Program-made: the position numbers and the translations under genes | Shown here: one piece after another, positions 31,201 through 42,424 of the stretch | How the letters are laid out: each line of letters starts with the position of its first letter | Numbering within the stretch: position 1 is the first letter of the stretch | NCBI GenBank assembly: GCA_963705725.1 | Contig: CAVPKM010000013.1 | Location: 179,248 to 243,247 of the forward strand | DNA length: 64,000 nt | DNA from: an uncultured Gammaproteobacteria bacterium | Lineage (GTDB): Bacteria > Pseudomonadota > Gammaproteobacteria > UBA6002 | Direction of reading: 5' to 3' | The notes under the pieces: model-generated | What the model was told of the DNA's origin: nothing | The model's database searches: none | What the model saw: the letters and a program-made list of their open reading frames with translations, nothing else

Positions 31201-32433
31201 CTAAATCGCTCCTTTTAGCCTGTCTTCGAACAGGATCATAAAACGATTCATGGCATCACCCCAATTTCGTATTGGCATTGTCCATTTTTTTGAAATATTT
31301 TTAAGCGCTAAATATAGCTGCTTCAAAGCCGCATCATCCGAAGGAAAAACGCGCTTACTTTTAATAACCTTCCGAAGGCTCATATTCACGGATTCAACTG
31401 CATTCGTAGTATAAATCGCGCGACGAATTTCAGAAGAGTAGCCAAAAAAAGGCGTGACATTTTCCCAGTGAGTCAGCCAACTTTTACTGATAGAAGGGTA
31501 ATGCTCGTCCCACTTCTCGGAAAAAGTAGCGAGACATAATTCGGCTTCATCGAGTGTCTTTGCGCCATAAATCGTTTTTAAATCCGCCGCCACTTGCTTA
31601 CGGCTTTTCCAAGGAACATAGCGTAGTGAATTTCGAATCATATGAACAATGCAAAGTTGAACCTGGGTCTTGGGAAATACCGTTGAAATGGCATCAGGAA
31701 AGCCCGTAAGGCCATCAACGCAAGCAATCAAAATATCTCCCACACCACGATGCTGCAATTCAGATAACACATTGAGCCAAAATTTTGAACTTTCCGTTTG
31801 GCTAATCCAAATTCCCAGTAATTCTTTTTGCCCTTCAAGATCTACACCCAAAGCAAGATAAAAGGCTTTGTTAATCACTCGCTTATCTTCTTTAACTTTG
31901 ATCATTAAGGCATCAAAGTAAACAATGGGATAAAGTTTATCCAAGGGACGACACTGCCAAGTTTTCACTTCCTCAATGACTTCGTTGGTCACATTGGAAA
32001 TGAAAGTAGGAGAGACTTCTACCCCATAGAGCTCTTGCAATTGCCCCTGTATATCACGTGTCGTCATCCCTCTCGCATAAAGGCTGATGATTTTGTCATC
32101 AAACCCTTCAAAACGCGTTTGGTTCTTAGCAACAATCTGGGGAGAAAAATCTGCATTTCGATCTCTCGGTACCTGGATAGTAAATTCGCCATTTTCGCCC
32201 TTTAAAGTTTTTTCTGAATATCCATTTCGAGAATTGCCGCTATTCTTACCTTTAGCCTCATTTTTCTCGTAGCCCAAGTGGCTGCTCATCTCTCCTTGCA
32301 TGGCCCTTTCCAAAAGTGCCTTCGTCAAGTTTTTCAGAAGACCTCCTTCGCCAAACATATCTTCTTGGGTTTTGCAGTCCTTAATCAAATTATCTATCAT
32401 TTGCGGATCAAATGAAGTGAGTTTTGTCGCCAT
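31201..32433 (-). CDS. IS256-family transposase
   Basis: RNGYSEK, VPRDR, SLYARGMTTRDI, VYFDAL, CVDGLTGF, QLCIVH, YTTNAVES. Confidence 0.97.
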   Translation of the reverse strand: MATKLTSFDPQMIDNLIKDCKTQEDMFGEGGLLKNLTKALLERAMQGEMSSHLGYEKNEAKGKNSGNSRNGYSEKTLKGENGEFTIQVPRDRNADFSPQIVAKNQTRFEGFDDKIISLYARGMTTRDIQGQLQELYGVEVSPTFISNVTNEVIEEVKTWQCRPLDKLYPIVYFDALMIKVKEDKRVINKAFYLALGVDLEGQKELLGIWISQTESSKFWLNVLSELQHRGVGDILIACVDGLTGFPDAISTVFPKTQVQLCIVHMIRNSLRYVPWKSRKQVAADLKTIYGAKTLDEAELCLATFSEKWDEHYPSISKSWLTHWENVTPFFGYSSEIRRAIYTTNAVESVNMSLRKVIKSKRVFPSDDAALKQLYLALKNISKKWTMPIRNWGDAMNRFMILFEDRLKGAI

Positions 32434-32738
32434 AGTCAGTACTCCTTGTTTCAGTTAGTTTATACTGACTAAATCCAGTTACACAAAAAATTTTATAGCC
32501 TCTTACAAAATGGTAGGCAGTTCTGCAGTACGACAATACTTATACATTGATCAAGACTTTTATAATTGGCTGTTAGATGAAAATCCATTGGCTGCTAAAA
32601 ACTTAACAAGCATGTGCGATCGTCGAAAGGTTATTAATAAGAGTAAAGGAAGGAAGGGCATATTAATTGCTCACGATAAGGTGAAAGTGAAAGATTGCAC
32701 AAAGGATTATCGATTTTTCGGACGTGCGGTAGCCAGCA

Positions 32739-33674
32739 CTAGGTTGAATGATAAAACCTATAATTTATCTGTGGTAAACGGATATAAAAGTAATCATAAA
32801 ACGGTAACCATTCAGCGGAAGCGTTAGAAGTCGCTAAGGTCCATATTGCGTGATGGGCAAGGTAAAATTGGAAAATGGGTAAAAGCATGTGTACGCCGAC
32901 TAAGAACAGCATGGCTGCAAATAGCTTTTGCAGGTGTTTAACTGGTAATTGATGTGCAGCTGCTGCGCCCAAAGGTGCAGTAGGGATGCTTCCAAGTACT
33001 ATGCCAATGAAGGCTGGCCAGTAGATCAGGCCGCTTGACCACTTGGGTAAACCCGTGAAATGCCAGCTGGTAATGATAAATCCAATGGTGCCGCAGAGAG
33101 AAAGTGGTAGTCCGATTGCAGCTGCAGTTGCGACAATATTTCGCATGGGATACCGATACCAGTTAAGTACCACAGTCACTAAACTTCCACCCGCAATTCC
33201 TAAGATCGATGAAATTGTGCCAATCAATACTGCTAAGCTAAAAAAATGTGGATGAGGAGCAGGTGCTGCTTTCCCCAGCCTTGGGGTAAAAATCATTTGT
33301 ATGGACATGAGTAAACAAAATATAGCGAAAAAAGATTTCAGCTGGATTCCCGATAAAAATGTTGCGAATAAGGGTCCAAGTATTAAGGCGCCAACGACGA
33401 CTCCGGGAACAAATGTCTTGAGAACCTGCCATAGAATGGCGCCTCGCTTATGATGAGCAAGTGCAGCTAGCAGGGTAGAAATGACGACCGTGGCTAATGA
33501 GGTGCCAACGGCTAAGTGCATGGCAATATTTTCAGACAGCGCCATATGGTGAGTAAAAAGAAAAAGCAAGAAGGGGACAATAAGCATTCCCCCTCCTACC
33601 CCTAATAAGCCTGCTAAAAAGCCAGTGATCACACCTAAGAGTAAAAAATAACTGATTAAGACAAAAAAGTGCAT
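32739..33674 (-). CDS. TauE/SafE (TSUP) family membrane transporter
   Basis: GFLAGLLGVGGG, AVGTSLA, GIAGG, ATAAAIG; hydrophobic; the C-terminus reads through a MITE relic. Confidence 0.88.
   Translation of the reverse strand: MHFFVLISYFLLLGVITGFLAGLLGVGGGMLIVPFLLFLFTHHMALSENIAMHLAVGTSLATVVISTLLAALAHHKRGAILWQVLKTFVPGVVVGALILGPLFATFLSGIQLKSFFAIFCLLMSIQMIFTPRLGKAAPAPHPHFFSLAVLIGTISSILGIAGGSLVTVVLNWYRYPMRNIVATAAAIGLPLSLCGTIGFIITSWHFTGLPKWSSGLIYWPAFIGIVLGSIPTAPLGAAAAHQLPVKHLQKLFAAMLFLVGVHMLLPIFQFYLAHHAIWTLATSNASAEWLPFYDYFYIRLPQINYRFYHST
32804..32847. repeat. Degenerate MITE end
   Basis: GTAACCATTCAGC..GCGTTAGAAGTCGCTAA aligns with GTAACTATTCAGC..TGCTAGAAGTCGCTAA at 28999-29032. Confidence 0.6.
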
Positions 33675-33689
33675 GTTTGAAAAAGGCGG

Positions 33690-34166
33690 TTAAATATATT
33701 GAACCTCACCAATTTCATATTCAATAAGGCCGCTGGGTGTTTTTGCTTCAACAGCGTCACCTTGATGTTTTCCGATGATGGCTCTGGCAATAGGGGAAGT
33801 GAAAGAAATCTTTCCACAGCGAATGTCTGCTTCTTCTTCTCCAACGATTTGATATATCATGGTTTCATCGGTTTCAACATTTAACAAGTTTACTGTGGCG
33901 CCAAAAACCACTTTACCTGTCTTCTCTAATTTCGTGACATCAATAATTTTGGCGCGAGACAGGCGGTCCTCTATAAAGCGAATTCTTGCTTCAATAAAAC
34001 CTTGCTGTTCTTTAGCGGCGTGGTATTCGGCATTTTCTTTCAAATCACCATGACTTCTTGCCTCTGCAATTGCCTTAATTACACTGGGTCTTTCAATTTT
34101 TTTAAGTCGATCTAATTCTTCACTGAGCTTTGCTGCACCAATGGCTGTCATGGGTATCTCGTTCAT
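33690..34166 (-). CDS. greA: Transcription elongation factor GreA
   Basis: [26 protein letters not shown]. Confidence 0.97.
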   Translation of the reverse strand: MNEIPMTAIGAAKLSEELDRLKKIERPSVIKAIAEARSHGDLKENAEYHAAKEQQGFIEARIRFIEDRLSRAKIIDVTKLEKTGKVVFGATVNLLNVETDETMIYQIVGEEEADIRCGKISFTSPIARAIIGKHQGDAVEAKTPSGLIEYEIGEVQYI

Positions 34167-34190
34167 AGTGTTCCCTCCTCGTTATCCCGC

Positions 34191-37100
34191 CTAAGAGGCG
34201 TGTAAGTCTTGTAGGCAGGTAATGTTGTCGAGGGCATGGTAATCTAGCGAATCACATGCAGCCTTCATTCCTGCTAAGGTGGTATAATAACAAACTTTAT
34301 GTTGAACCGCATTTCGTCTAATCGCAAAAGAATCTGCCATTGCTTGTTCCCCTTCCGTTGTATTGACGATGAAATGGATTTGATCATTCTTGATCATATC
34401 TACGATATGTGGGCGTCCTTCATTGACTTTGAAAATGATTTCACAGGGAATACCAAACTTATGGAGCGCATTACCGGTTCCTTGTGTGGCAACAACGCGA
34501 AAACCAAGCTTAATCAAGGCGTTAGCTAAATCAACAATGCGATGTTTATCAGCATCTTTTACACTAATGAAAGCCGTGCCGCTTTTAGGAATGACATTGT
34601 CAGCGCCAAGCTGGGCTTTTGCAAAAGCCTCACTAAAACAACTGCCGATCCCCATCACCTCGCCGGTTGAACGCATTTCAGGGCCTAAAATCGGATCTAC
34701 TCCAGGAAATTTGGCAAAAGGAAAAACCGGTTGTTTAACTGCAAAGTAGTGGTGAACGATCTCTTGATCATAACCTTGTTCTTTTAAAGATACGCCTACC
34801 ATGCATTTAGCTGCAATTTTGGCTAAGGGCAGGCCGGTGGCTTTTGCAACAAAGGGAATGGTTCGGGAAGCTCTTGGATTGACTTCGAGTACATAGACTT
34901 CATTATCTTGAATGGCAAATTGTGCATTCATTAGACCGATTACGCCTAGCTCTAATGCCATCTTGCGCATTTGAGCTTTTAATTTTTCTTGTAGTTCTAT
35001 TGAAAGGCTATGGGGTGGCAAGCAGCAAGCAGAATCACCGGAATGAATGCCAGCTTGTTCGATATGCTCCATCACGCCGCTGATCAATACTTCTTTTCCA
35101 TCGCAAATCGCATCGATATCGACTTCAATTGCATTGTCTAGGAATTGATCAAGCAATAAAGGAGAGTCGGATGAAACAGCTTTTGCTTCCTTCATGTAGC
35201 GTTTAAGTTCACGTTCATTGTAAATAATTTCCATAGCTCGACCTCCTAACACATAGGAGGGTCTAACAATCAGGGGATAGGCGAATATATTAGCTAGGCG
35301 CAAGCCTTCTTCGACGCTTTTAAGTGTTCCATTTGGGGGCTGTTTGAGTTCTAGTTTGTTGACTAATTGTTGAAACTGTTCTCGATCTTCGGCCAAGTTA
35401 ATGGCTTGTGGACTAGTGCCAATTATGTTGACTCCTGCTAGCGCTAGGTCTGTGGCTAATTTTAGTGGTGTCTGGCCTCCGTATTGAACAATTACCCCCT
35501 TTGGATTTTCTAATCGGACTACTTCGAGCACATCCTCTAGTGTGAGAGATTCAAAATAAAGTCGATCAGAAACATCATAATCAGTAGAAACTGTCTCAGG
35601 ATTGCAGTTGATCATAATCGTTTCATAGCCCAATTCTCGAATTGCCATTGAGGCATGAACACAGCAATAATCAAACTCTATGCCCTGTCCAATCCGGTTC
35701 GGTCCACCGCCAAGTACAATAATTTTTTCTTTATTTGATGAGGGCCTGGCTTCACATTCTTCTTCGTAGGTAGAGTAAAGATAGGCGGTATCAGTAGCAA
35801 ATTCTGCCGCGCAGGTATCCCCTCTTTTATAGACGGGATGAAGGTTTAAGCTGTAACGATGTTGACGAAAGGCTTGTTCGCTTACCCCTAATAACTGGGC
35901 AAGTCGATGGTCAGAAAATCCCTTTCTTTTTAGGTTAAATACCATGTCTTGATCTAAATCAGCGAGCTGTAAACCGGGTAAAGCTTGTTCTGTATTGACT
36001 AAATCTTTGATTTGCACTAAAAACCAAGGATCAATAAAGGTGAGTCGATGCACTTCGTCCAGGGAAAAGCCGAATCGAAATGCATCAGCGATATACCAAA
36101 TTCGTTCCCAACCAGCAATACTAAGTTCTCGGCGAATTTCTTCTGCCACCTCTGTAGTGGTAGTGGGGTTAATGATGGGATCTAGGCCAAAGCTGTTGAC
36201 TTCAAGACTTCGCAATGCCTTTTGTAACGATTCCTGAAAGCTGCGTCCCATTGCCATTACTTCACCGACTGATTTCATCTGAGTCGTTAAACGACAGTCT
36301 GCGTCTGGAAACTTTTCAAAAGCAAATCGTGGGATCTTGGTTACCACATAATCAATGGTCGGTTCAAATGAGGCGGGAGTTTGATTGCCAGTAATTTCGT
36401 TGCTTAATTCATCCAGCGTATAGCCGACAGCCAGTTTAGCAGCTACCTTGGCAATGGGAAACCCTGTTGCCTTTGAAGACAGCGCAGAAGAACGCGAAAC
36501 CCTGGGATTCATTTCGATCACCACCATTCGCCCATCTTTTGGGTTGACGGCAAACTGTACATTGGAACCGCCAGTATTGACCCCAATTTCTCGTAACACC
36601 GCGATCGCGGCATTTCGCATGCGTTGATATTCTTTATCTGTTAGAGTTTGGGCTGGGGCGACGGTAATGGAGTCTCCTGTATGAATGCCCATTGCATCAA
36701 TATTTTCAATAGAACAAACGATGATGCAGTTATCTTTTTGATCACGAATCACCTCCATTTCATATTCTTTCCAGCCAATAATCGATTCGTCGAGCAATAG
36801 CTCGTGAGTGGGGGATAATTCTAGGCCGCGTTCGCAGATTTCAATAAATTCTTCGCGGTTATAAGCTATGCCACCACCGCTGCCACCTAACGTAAAAGAA
36901 GGGCGAATGATTATCGGAAACCCCAATTCTTTCAAAATATCAAAGGCTTCCTCCATGTTATGCGCCAAACCTGAACGTGGCATCTCAAGACCAATTTTAT
37001 TCATGGCTGCTCGAAATTGTTCGCGGTTTTCCGCTTTATCAATGGCTTCATGGGTAGCGCCAATCATTTCTACATTAAATTTTTTCAACACATTTTCTCT

Positions 37101-37409
37101 AGCCAGATCGCAAGCACAATTTAACGCGGTTTGCCCTCCCATTGTGGGAAGCAAGGCGTCCGGTCTTTCTTTTTCAATGATTTTTGCAACCGCTTCCCAA
37201 GTGACAGGCTCTATATAGGTGGCATCCGCTAATTCAGGATCGGTCATAATGGTGGCAGGATTAGAGTTGACTAGAATGATGCGATATCCTTCTTTTCGCA
37301 GTGCTTTGCAAGCTTGTGCGCCAGAGTAATCAAATTCACAGGCCTGCCCAATTACGATGGGTCCAGCACCAATAATTAAAATAGATTGAATATCATTTCG
37401 CTTCGGCAT
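34191..37409 (-). CDS. carB: Carbamoyl-phosphate synthase large subunit
   Basis: [40 protein letters not shown]. Confidence 0.99.
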   Translation of the reverse strand: MPKRNDIQSILIIGAGPIVIGQACEFDYSGAQACKALRKEGYRIILVNSNPATIMTDPELADATYIEPVTWEAVAKIIEKERPDALLPTMGGQTALNCACDLARENVLKKFNVEMIGATHEAIDKAENREQFRAAMNKIGLEMPRSGLAHNMEEAFDILKELGFPIIIRPSFTLGGSGGGIAYNREEFIEICERGLELSPTHELLLDESIIGWKEYEMEVIRDQKDNCIIVCSIENIDAMGIHTGDSITVAPAQTLTDKEYQRMRNAAIAVLREIGVNTGGSNVQFAVNPKDGRMVVIEMNPRVSRSSALSSKATGFPIAKVAAKLAVGYTLDELSNEITGNQTPASFEPTIDYVVTKIPRFAFEKFPDADCRLTTQMKSVGEVMAMGRSFQESLQKALRSLEVNSFGLDPIINPTTTTEVAEEIRRELSIAGWERIWYIADAFRFGFSLDEVHRLTFIDPWFLVQIKDLVNTEQALPGLQLADLDQDMVFNLKRKGFSDHRLAQLLGVSEQAFRQHRYSLNLHPVYKRGDTCAAEFATDTAYLYSTYEEECEARPSSNKEKIIVLGGGPNRIGQGIEFDYCCVHASMAIRELGYETIMINCNPETVSTDYDVSDRLYFESLTLEDVLEVVRLENPKGVIVQYGGQTPLKLATDLALAGVNIIGTSPQAINLAEDREQFQQLVNKLELKQPPNGTLKSVEEGLRLANIFAYPLIVRPSYVLGGRAMEIIYNERELKRYMKEAKAVSSDSPLLLDQFLDNAIEVDIDAICDGKEVLISGVMEHIEQAGIHSGDSACCLPPHSLSIELQEKLKAQMRKMALELGVIGLMNAQFAIQDNEVYVLEVNPRASRTIPFVAKATGLPLAKIAAKCMVGVSLKEQGYDQEIVHHYFAVKQPVFPFAKFPGVDPILGPEMRSTGEVMGIGSCFSEAFAKAQLGADNVIPKSGTAFISVKDADKHRIVDLANALIKLGFRVVATQGTGNALHKFGIPCEIIFKVNEGRPHIVDMIKNDQIHFIVNTTEGEQAMADSFAIRRNAVQHKVCYYTTLAGMKAACDSLDYHALDNITCLQDLHAS

Positions 37410-38559
37410 ATCTCACCCTACTTTTGACCAATTCGACAAAGTGATCGAACAATTTTTGTATATCATGCGGTCCAGGACTCGCTTCTGGGTGTCCTTGAAA
37501 ACCAAACCAAGGTTTCTGGTTATGGTAAATACCTTGTAATGTCCCATCAAAAAGCGATCGGCTGGTTACCTGAAGATAGGCAGGAAGCGATTTTTCTTCA
37601 ACGGTGAAGCTGTGGTTTTGGCTGGTAATAAATACTCGTCCAGTTTTTTCATCCCAGATGGGATGATTGGCGCCATGATGGCCAAATTTCATTTTCACCG
37701 TACTCGCTCCGCATCCCAGAGCAAGCAGTTGATGGCCAAGGCAAATACCAAAAAGGGGTAAGCTTTCATTTTCAAGCTGTTGAATTGCGTTAATTGCATA
37801 GTGACAAGCGGCTGGATCTCCAGGGCCATTGGATAAGAAAATTCCGTCCGGTTCGAGGGATAAAGCAGTTTCAATCGGGGTGGTGGCAGGAACCACGGTA
37901 AGACGGCAGCCGCGATCCACCAACATGCGCAAAATGCTTCTTTTTACACCAAAATCATAGACAACCACATGCCAAGGCAAGTCATCAGCTTGGTAGGATA
38001 GGTAACCTTCTGGCCATCGCCAGCTTCCTTCGAGCCAAGTATAAAGATTTTTTGTGGTGACCTTAATTGCTAAATCCATTCCGCTTAAACCAGGAAAAAG
38101 CTGGGCTTCTTTAAGTGCTTCGTGTTTGCAAATGGCATTACCTGTCACAATCGTGCCGTTTAATGCACCTTTTTCACGAAGTAATCGAGTCAGTTTCCTG
38201 GTATCGATATCGGCAATGGCGACGATACCATTTTGTTTGAGGTAGTCTGGAAGTGGTGTTGTTGAACGCCAGTTACTGGCAAGTAGGGGAAGGTTGCGGA
38301 TGACCAAACCTGCCGCCCATACTTGATTGGATTCTGCGTCTTCAGGATTCGTTCCAACATTACCAATATGGGGATAAGTTAAGGTGACGATTTGCTTCGC
38401 ATAGGAGGGATCGGTTAAGATTTCCTGGTAGCCAGTCATGCTGGTGTTAAAAACAACTTCACCTACTGTCCTTCCCTCAGCACCAATCGAGATTCCTTCA
38501 AATAGACTTCCATCTTCGAGAGCAAGAATAGCTGGCTGTTTCAAAAAACCTCCGAACAT
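37393..38559 (-). CDS. carA: Carbamoyl-phosphate synthase small subunit
   Basis: [39 protein letters not shown]. Confidence 0.98.
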   Translation of the reverse strand: MFGGFLKQPAILALEDGSLFEGISIGAEGRTVGEVVFNTSMTGYQEILTDPSYAKQIVTLTYPHIGNVGTNPEDAESNQVWAAGLVIRNLPLLASNWRSTTPLPDYLKQNGIVAIADIDTRKLTRLLREKGALNGTIVTGNAICKHEALKEAQLFPGLSGMDLAIKVTTKNLYTWLEGSWRWPEGYLSYQADDLPWHVVVYDFGVKRSILRMLVDRGCRLTVVPATTPIETALSLEPDGIFLSNGPGDPAACHYAINAIQQLENESLPLFGICLGHQLLALGCGASTVKMKFGHHGANHPIWDEKTGRVFITSQNHSFTVEEKSLPAYLQVTSRSLFDGTLQGIYHNQKPWFGFQGHPEASPGPHDIQKLFDHFVELVKSRVRYAEAK

Positions 38560-38820
38560 AATAATATAGAGAGAAATGATTATGGGATTGATTGGGCTGG
38601 AAGAATATTCTACCGAAATAGAATAAAAAGTCTAGGGATATCTACGCATTTCACTTCAAAAATCAGTTTCTCTTGAGTATCGCCTGAAAGATAAGGTATC
38701 ATACCTTCCCTCTCAACTGCTGAGAGGAAGTAATTATTCAGCTCTGAACGTATAGCCACGTTGATTGATGTGCTGAATAGGTACGGAAGCAATAATTTTA
38801 CAACAACATGGAGATCTCTC

Positions 38821-39186
38821 ATGAAGTTCATTAAAGTGTTAGTTCCCGTCGTTCTGACTGGACTTCTTTCATTTTCCGCCTTCGCAGCTGACGAGCAAAA
38901 TACTCAAATGCAAGGACAGGCACAAGCCAGTCAAGCGAATGAACAATTAGCTGCTGATACTTCAACCAGTCCAAGCAATGAAGGCGCACAAGCGGGCGAA
39001 GAAGAAAAATCGAAAACCGTTCACCTTCGTCATAAAGGTAAAAAATGCAAATGCAAATGCCAAGGTATGCATAAAGGTAAAAAAGGCCATCATGCCAAAG
39101 AACAGCAACAAGCAAATGCAAATGGCGCTGAAGCAGGACAACAAGCTCAACCTGAACAAAATCCAGTCGCTAATTCAAATTCATAA
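38821..39186 (+). CDS. Small secreted low-complexity protein with a His/Lys/Cys-rich core
   Basis: RBS GGAG, signal peptide MKFIKVLVPVVLTGLLSFSAFA, Q/A/E/N-rich flanks, HLRHKGKKCKCKCQGMHKGKKGHH. Confidence 0.75.
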   Translation: MKFIKVLVPVVLTGLLSFSAFAADEQNTQMQGQAQASQANEQLAADTSTSPSNEGAQAGEEEKSKTVHLRHKGKKCKCKCQGMHKGKKGHHAKEQQQANANGAEAGQQAQPEQNPVANSNS

Positions 39187-39206
39187 CACCCCTTCGCCTC
39201 AAATTA

Positions 39207-39240
39207 ACCGCGGTTCGATTGAATAAATCGTTCCGCGGCT
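39207..39240 (+). terminator. Hairpin downstream of the secreted-protein gene
   Basis: CCGCGG-TT-CGATT...AATCG-TT-CCGCGG imperfect stem. Confidence 0.4.
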
Positions 39241-39357
39241 CAGTTTCTACGTCGTCCCCCGGGTTCCTCTCATGCTTAATCTGCATCTTTAATATTTTTA
39301 TTTAAAATTAATGATACATTTAATATTTAGTTAATTATTTAGCTGTAAGCTGAATTT

Positions 39358-42342
39358 ATGGTAAATATAAATTTGGTTGAGGCTGTTATGAGTAAAGATT
39401 CCCGAGAAATTCAATTACAGAATGCATACGAGGCGGTGAGAATAGAGCTTGATATTTTCAAAGCTGAATTCGCCGATTTAATTGATCTTATTGAGCATAA
39501 TTGGGAGGCGGATTGTCTTAAGAAGCAACGAAAAGAATTGCTTGATGCTGGGCTTAGTGAGCCTGAAGTACTAGAAGAGCTGGTGATGCATTTAAGAAAC
39601 TTTTATTGCAAAAGTCAGAAAGATGAAAAAATGCAGGAATTTAGACCAAAGAAAGGTGAAGATATAAAAGATGCACTTCACCGAGAATATATAGGTCGCC
39701 TGGAATATATCTCTGAGCAAAAATTAACGCTTTTTTTAGCACTGTTTGATCGGCGTTTACAATCTCTGACGGTTGCAGTGAAAATCATTTTCGCAGGTCA
39801 GCCTGTTGACCCCATACTTGCTAATTTTCTTGAAAAAATCCTTTCCGAGCCATTGTCTGAGGAAATCCGAGAATTATTACAACAAAGCTTATTTCTTTTC
39901 AACCATGTCGATCAGCACCTTGCAACCGAGATAGATCAGGCAAGTCAAACGCTAAGTAATCATGCTGATGATAAGGCTTTTAATTCTGCGAAAGGTATTG
40001 TCACACAGTTATTGACCGATCAATTTTCACACATCAGTGAACCGTTAAAGATTTTGGCTGATAGCTACAAGCTTTCTCCTGATGATTCTGCCTCTAAGGA
40101 ATCGTTAAGAGATATTTATAAAAATCACGAATCAGAAATGATGATAGCCGCCAACATTGAATTCATTTATTCCCTCAATAAAGCTGAAGTGATAGATGCA
40201 TGGGAAAAGTTTCAGTCTGCGTTTAATGACTGTGCTTGGGAGTGGAGTGAGCCTACCCTTGAACAACAAGTTCAAACACTCTTGGAAAAACTTCTTAATA
40301 TCAATCGCACCATCCAGACCCTGAATCCTAATCTTGATTTTGGTGACCCGGTGGTAAGAGAGACGCTACAAAAGCAATTTTTTATCTTTTTGAAAAAAGA
40401 GGAGGTTAATACCCAACTGCAACAATTTGATCAGTTTGGTGATCCAAGCGTCTTTGCAGCATTACACGCTTTTTGTGGTCAAGCATCGAGAGTGATGGGG
40501 GACGATGAAGCGGCAGTGGTTACCATTGAAGAACTAAGGCAATCACCTTTTGCAAAAACTTCTGAAGATGCCTATTCCTTGCTTCGCGAATTTGGATCCA
40601 ATCTTGCTAAGGTGTTGACAGACATTACCCTAAAAGCAGAAGGGGAACTCACTTCCCACCAAGCACCAAAATCTTACCACCTTCAAGAATCCCATCGAGC
40701 GTTATTTAGTCGAGCTTTTCTCAAGGTAGTCAATCAAGAAATTAGCAAAGGGAAAGAAATTGTTAACACTGTGAATGAAAGTCTCGAAAAAGTGACATCA
40801 AGTTTAGTCATGAAGGTGGATCTGGATCAACTCCCAAAACGAAGTGATAGCAAGCTAGAGATATCGAAGCGAAGTCTGGAAGATCAAGCAGAATATCGTT
40901 ATCTCCTTGCGAAAAAGAAATACACGATCTCACCTGAAGAAACGGAGTTATTGATAAAGTCAACGAATTCCTATGATGTCACGCTTGTGCCTAAACTTAA
41001 AGCGGAGCATAGCGCGGCCAATGGGCAAAATCCAAATGGTCGACAAATTCAGGACTATCGTGATTTTGCTAATGAATTAGCGGTCAAAATTCAGGACCTC
41101 GAAACAAAAAATAAAAGATGGCCAATATTGCAATGGTTTGGCATTGATAGATATCGCGTTGATCATCTCAAGACGGCAAAAGACTTTGTCGAATTTATGG
41201 CGCATAAGTATGAAGAAGTGACTCACCCTGATCTTCGCTTAAAGAGAAAAGAACATCGAGGGGAAAATGAAACTTCTCATAGGAATTTTGTCTCTCAGTT
41301 AAGTATTGCAAAAGAGAATGGAATGGACGCTAAAAATAAAACGTTTATTCGATTATTCAACGGTGTAGTTAAGGGATTGTCTGCTTTTTTTGGTAGCAAT
41401 AGAACCATCAAGGCACTTCAAGCTGCTTATGCGGAAAAAAGAGAGAAAATTAACAGTGAGAAAGATCTTACCCCAGATATTAAGGGGGGGGGGATGCAGA
41501 AAATGCTTCGTTATGATGCTGCAAACCTGAGTTTGGAAACAACGGGAAAATTTTTTACGGCAGCAACATTAGCAGCAGTGAGTGAGCCTATTATAAAAAT
41601 GGATTATCAAACAAAAATCACACACTTATTAGGGGATTTGGAATTAATCAATCAACCTTTTTTTCAGTGTTTATATCCGGAAGAAGCAAGCTCGCAGGGT
41701 TCGAATTTTATTAAGGATTTCACTCATCAAGCACAGCAGTATCAACGTGATGTGATAAATTTTCAGGACTCTTTGAAAATAGCCACCTTAAATCAAGATC
41801 GTTTCAGTCCAGAAGGCGAAAAGGCGTTGGAACAAGTTGGAAGTCTGGTTGAAAATATTCGAGCTGCAAAAAAAGCGCTGAAACAATCTTCTTATCAGTA
41901 TGCTACCACGCTAACTAGCTATGTGGATTCGCTCGAAATTTTGCAAAAATCGTTAGAGAAAATTGAAAGCGAGTTTTTAATATCAGATGTTATTCCTGAA
42001 CAAGCACTCTGGAGAGGCATTAGCAAAGAAATTAGTTCGCTCGATAGTGCAAGCCTTTACTTGACTTCGCAAAGTCACTTGTCTGATACGGCCAAGGAGC
42101 AGGGTTTCCTTAATATACGAGCCACTCGCGATTGCTTGACGAGTATTCAAACTCCAGCGGAATTCAGCCGCTTGTTACAAAATGTGAGAGATAAGCTTCC
42201 TGCAATTCGAAATAAGAAAACATTCGAGCTTGCAAGAATGAAGAAGGTGATGGAAGAAGCGCGAATTGCCTCTCATGGAACAAAATATATGGCGGTGCAT
42301 GCAACAAACAATCTAAATGGAACACGACAACTTCAATCCTAA
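39358..42342 (+). CDS. Large hypothetical protein, paralog 1 of a four-gene tandem family
   Basis: 994-aa ORF; DQAEYRY, LVPKL, RVDHLK, HKY-THP, ELAR-G-KYM-H-TN motifs shared with the next three ORFs. Confidence 0.85.
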   Translation: MVNINLVEAVMSKDSREIQLQNAYEAVRIELDIFKAEFADLIDLIEHNWEADCLKKQRKELLDAGLSEPEVLEELVMHLRNFYCKSQKDEKMQEFRPKKGEDIKDALHREYIGRLEYISEQKLTLFLALFDRRLQSLTVAVKIIFAGQPVDPILANFLEKILSEPLSEEIRELLQQSLFLFNHVDQHLATEIDQASQTLSNHADDKAFNSAKGIVTQLLTDQFSHISEPLKILADSYKLSPDDSASKESLRDIYKNHESEMMIAANIEFIYSLNKAEVIDAWEKFQSAFNDCAWEWSEPTLEQQVQTLLEKLLNINRTIQTLNPNLDFGDPVVRETLQKQFFIFLKKEEVNTQLQQFDQFGDPSVFAALHAFCGQASRVMGDDEAAVVTIEELRQSPFAKTSEDAYSLLREFGSNLAKVLTDITLKAEGELTSHQAPKSYHLQESHRALFSRAFLKVVNQEISKGKEIVNTVNESLEKVTSSLVMKVDLDQLPKRSDSKLEISKRSLEDQAEYRYLLAKKKYTISPEETELLIKSTNSYDVTLVPKLKAEHSAANGQNPNGRQIQDYRDFANELAVKIQDLETKNKRWPILQWFGIDRYRVDHLKTAKDFVEFMAHKYEEVTHPDLRLKRKEHRGENETSHRNFVSQLSIAKENGMDAKNKTFIRLFNGVVKGLSAFFGSNRTIKALQAAYAEKREKINSEKDLTPDIKGGGMQKMLRYDAANLSLETTGKFFTAATLAAVSEPIIKMDYQTKITHLLGDLELINQPFFQCLYPEEASSQGSNFIKDFTHQAQQYQRDVINFQDSLKIATLNQDRFSPEGEKALEQVGSLVENIRAAKKALKQSSYQYATTLTSYVDSLEILQKSLEKIESEFLISDVIPEQALWRGISKEISSLDSASLYLTSQSHLSDTAKEQGFLNIRATRDCLTSIQTPAEFSRLLQNVRDKLPAIRNKKTFELARMKKVMEEARIASHGTKYMAVHATNNLNGTRQLQS

Positions 42343-42424
42343 TTAATTGAGAACACCTAATAGGTTATATATAGCTGGGTAGGGAGGGAGCCTGAAAATT
42401 AATGGCAAACTAAGAGTAAATATT

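Larger units (their letters stand above)
30774..32502 (-). mobile_element. IS256-family insertion sequence
   Basis: Imperfect IRs GGTAGCGTAAATAATTTTGTGTAA / GAGGCTATAAAATTTTTTGTGTAA; 8-bp TSD TTACAAAA at 30766-30773 and 32503-32510. Confidence 0.93.
29195..32827 (+). pseudogene. ~630-aa hypothetical protein (helical/TPR-like N-part) interrupted by IS256; C-part 32503-32827
   Basis: Removing the IS and one TSD fuses ...ESLVYK in frame to MVGSSAVRQY... Confidence 0.8.
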
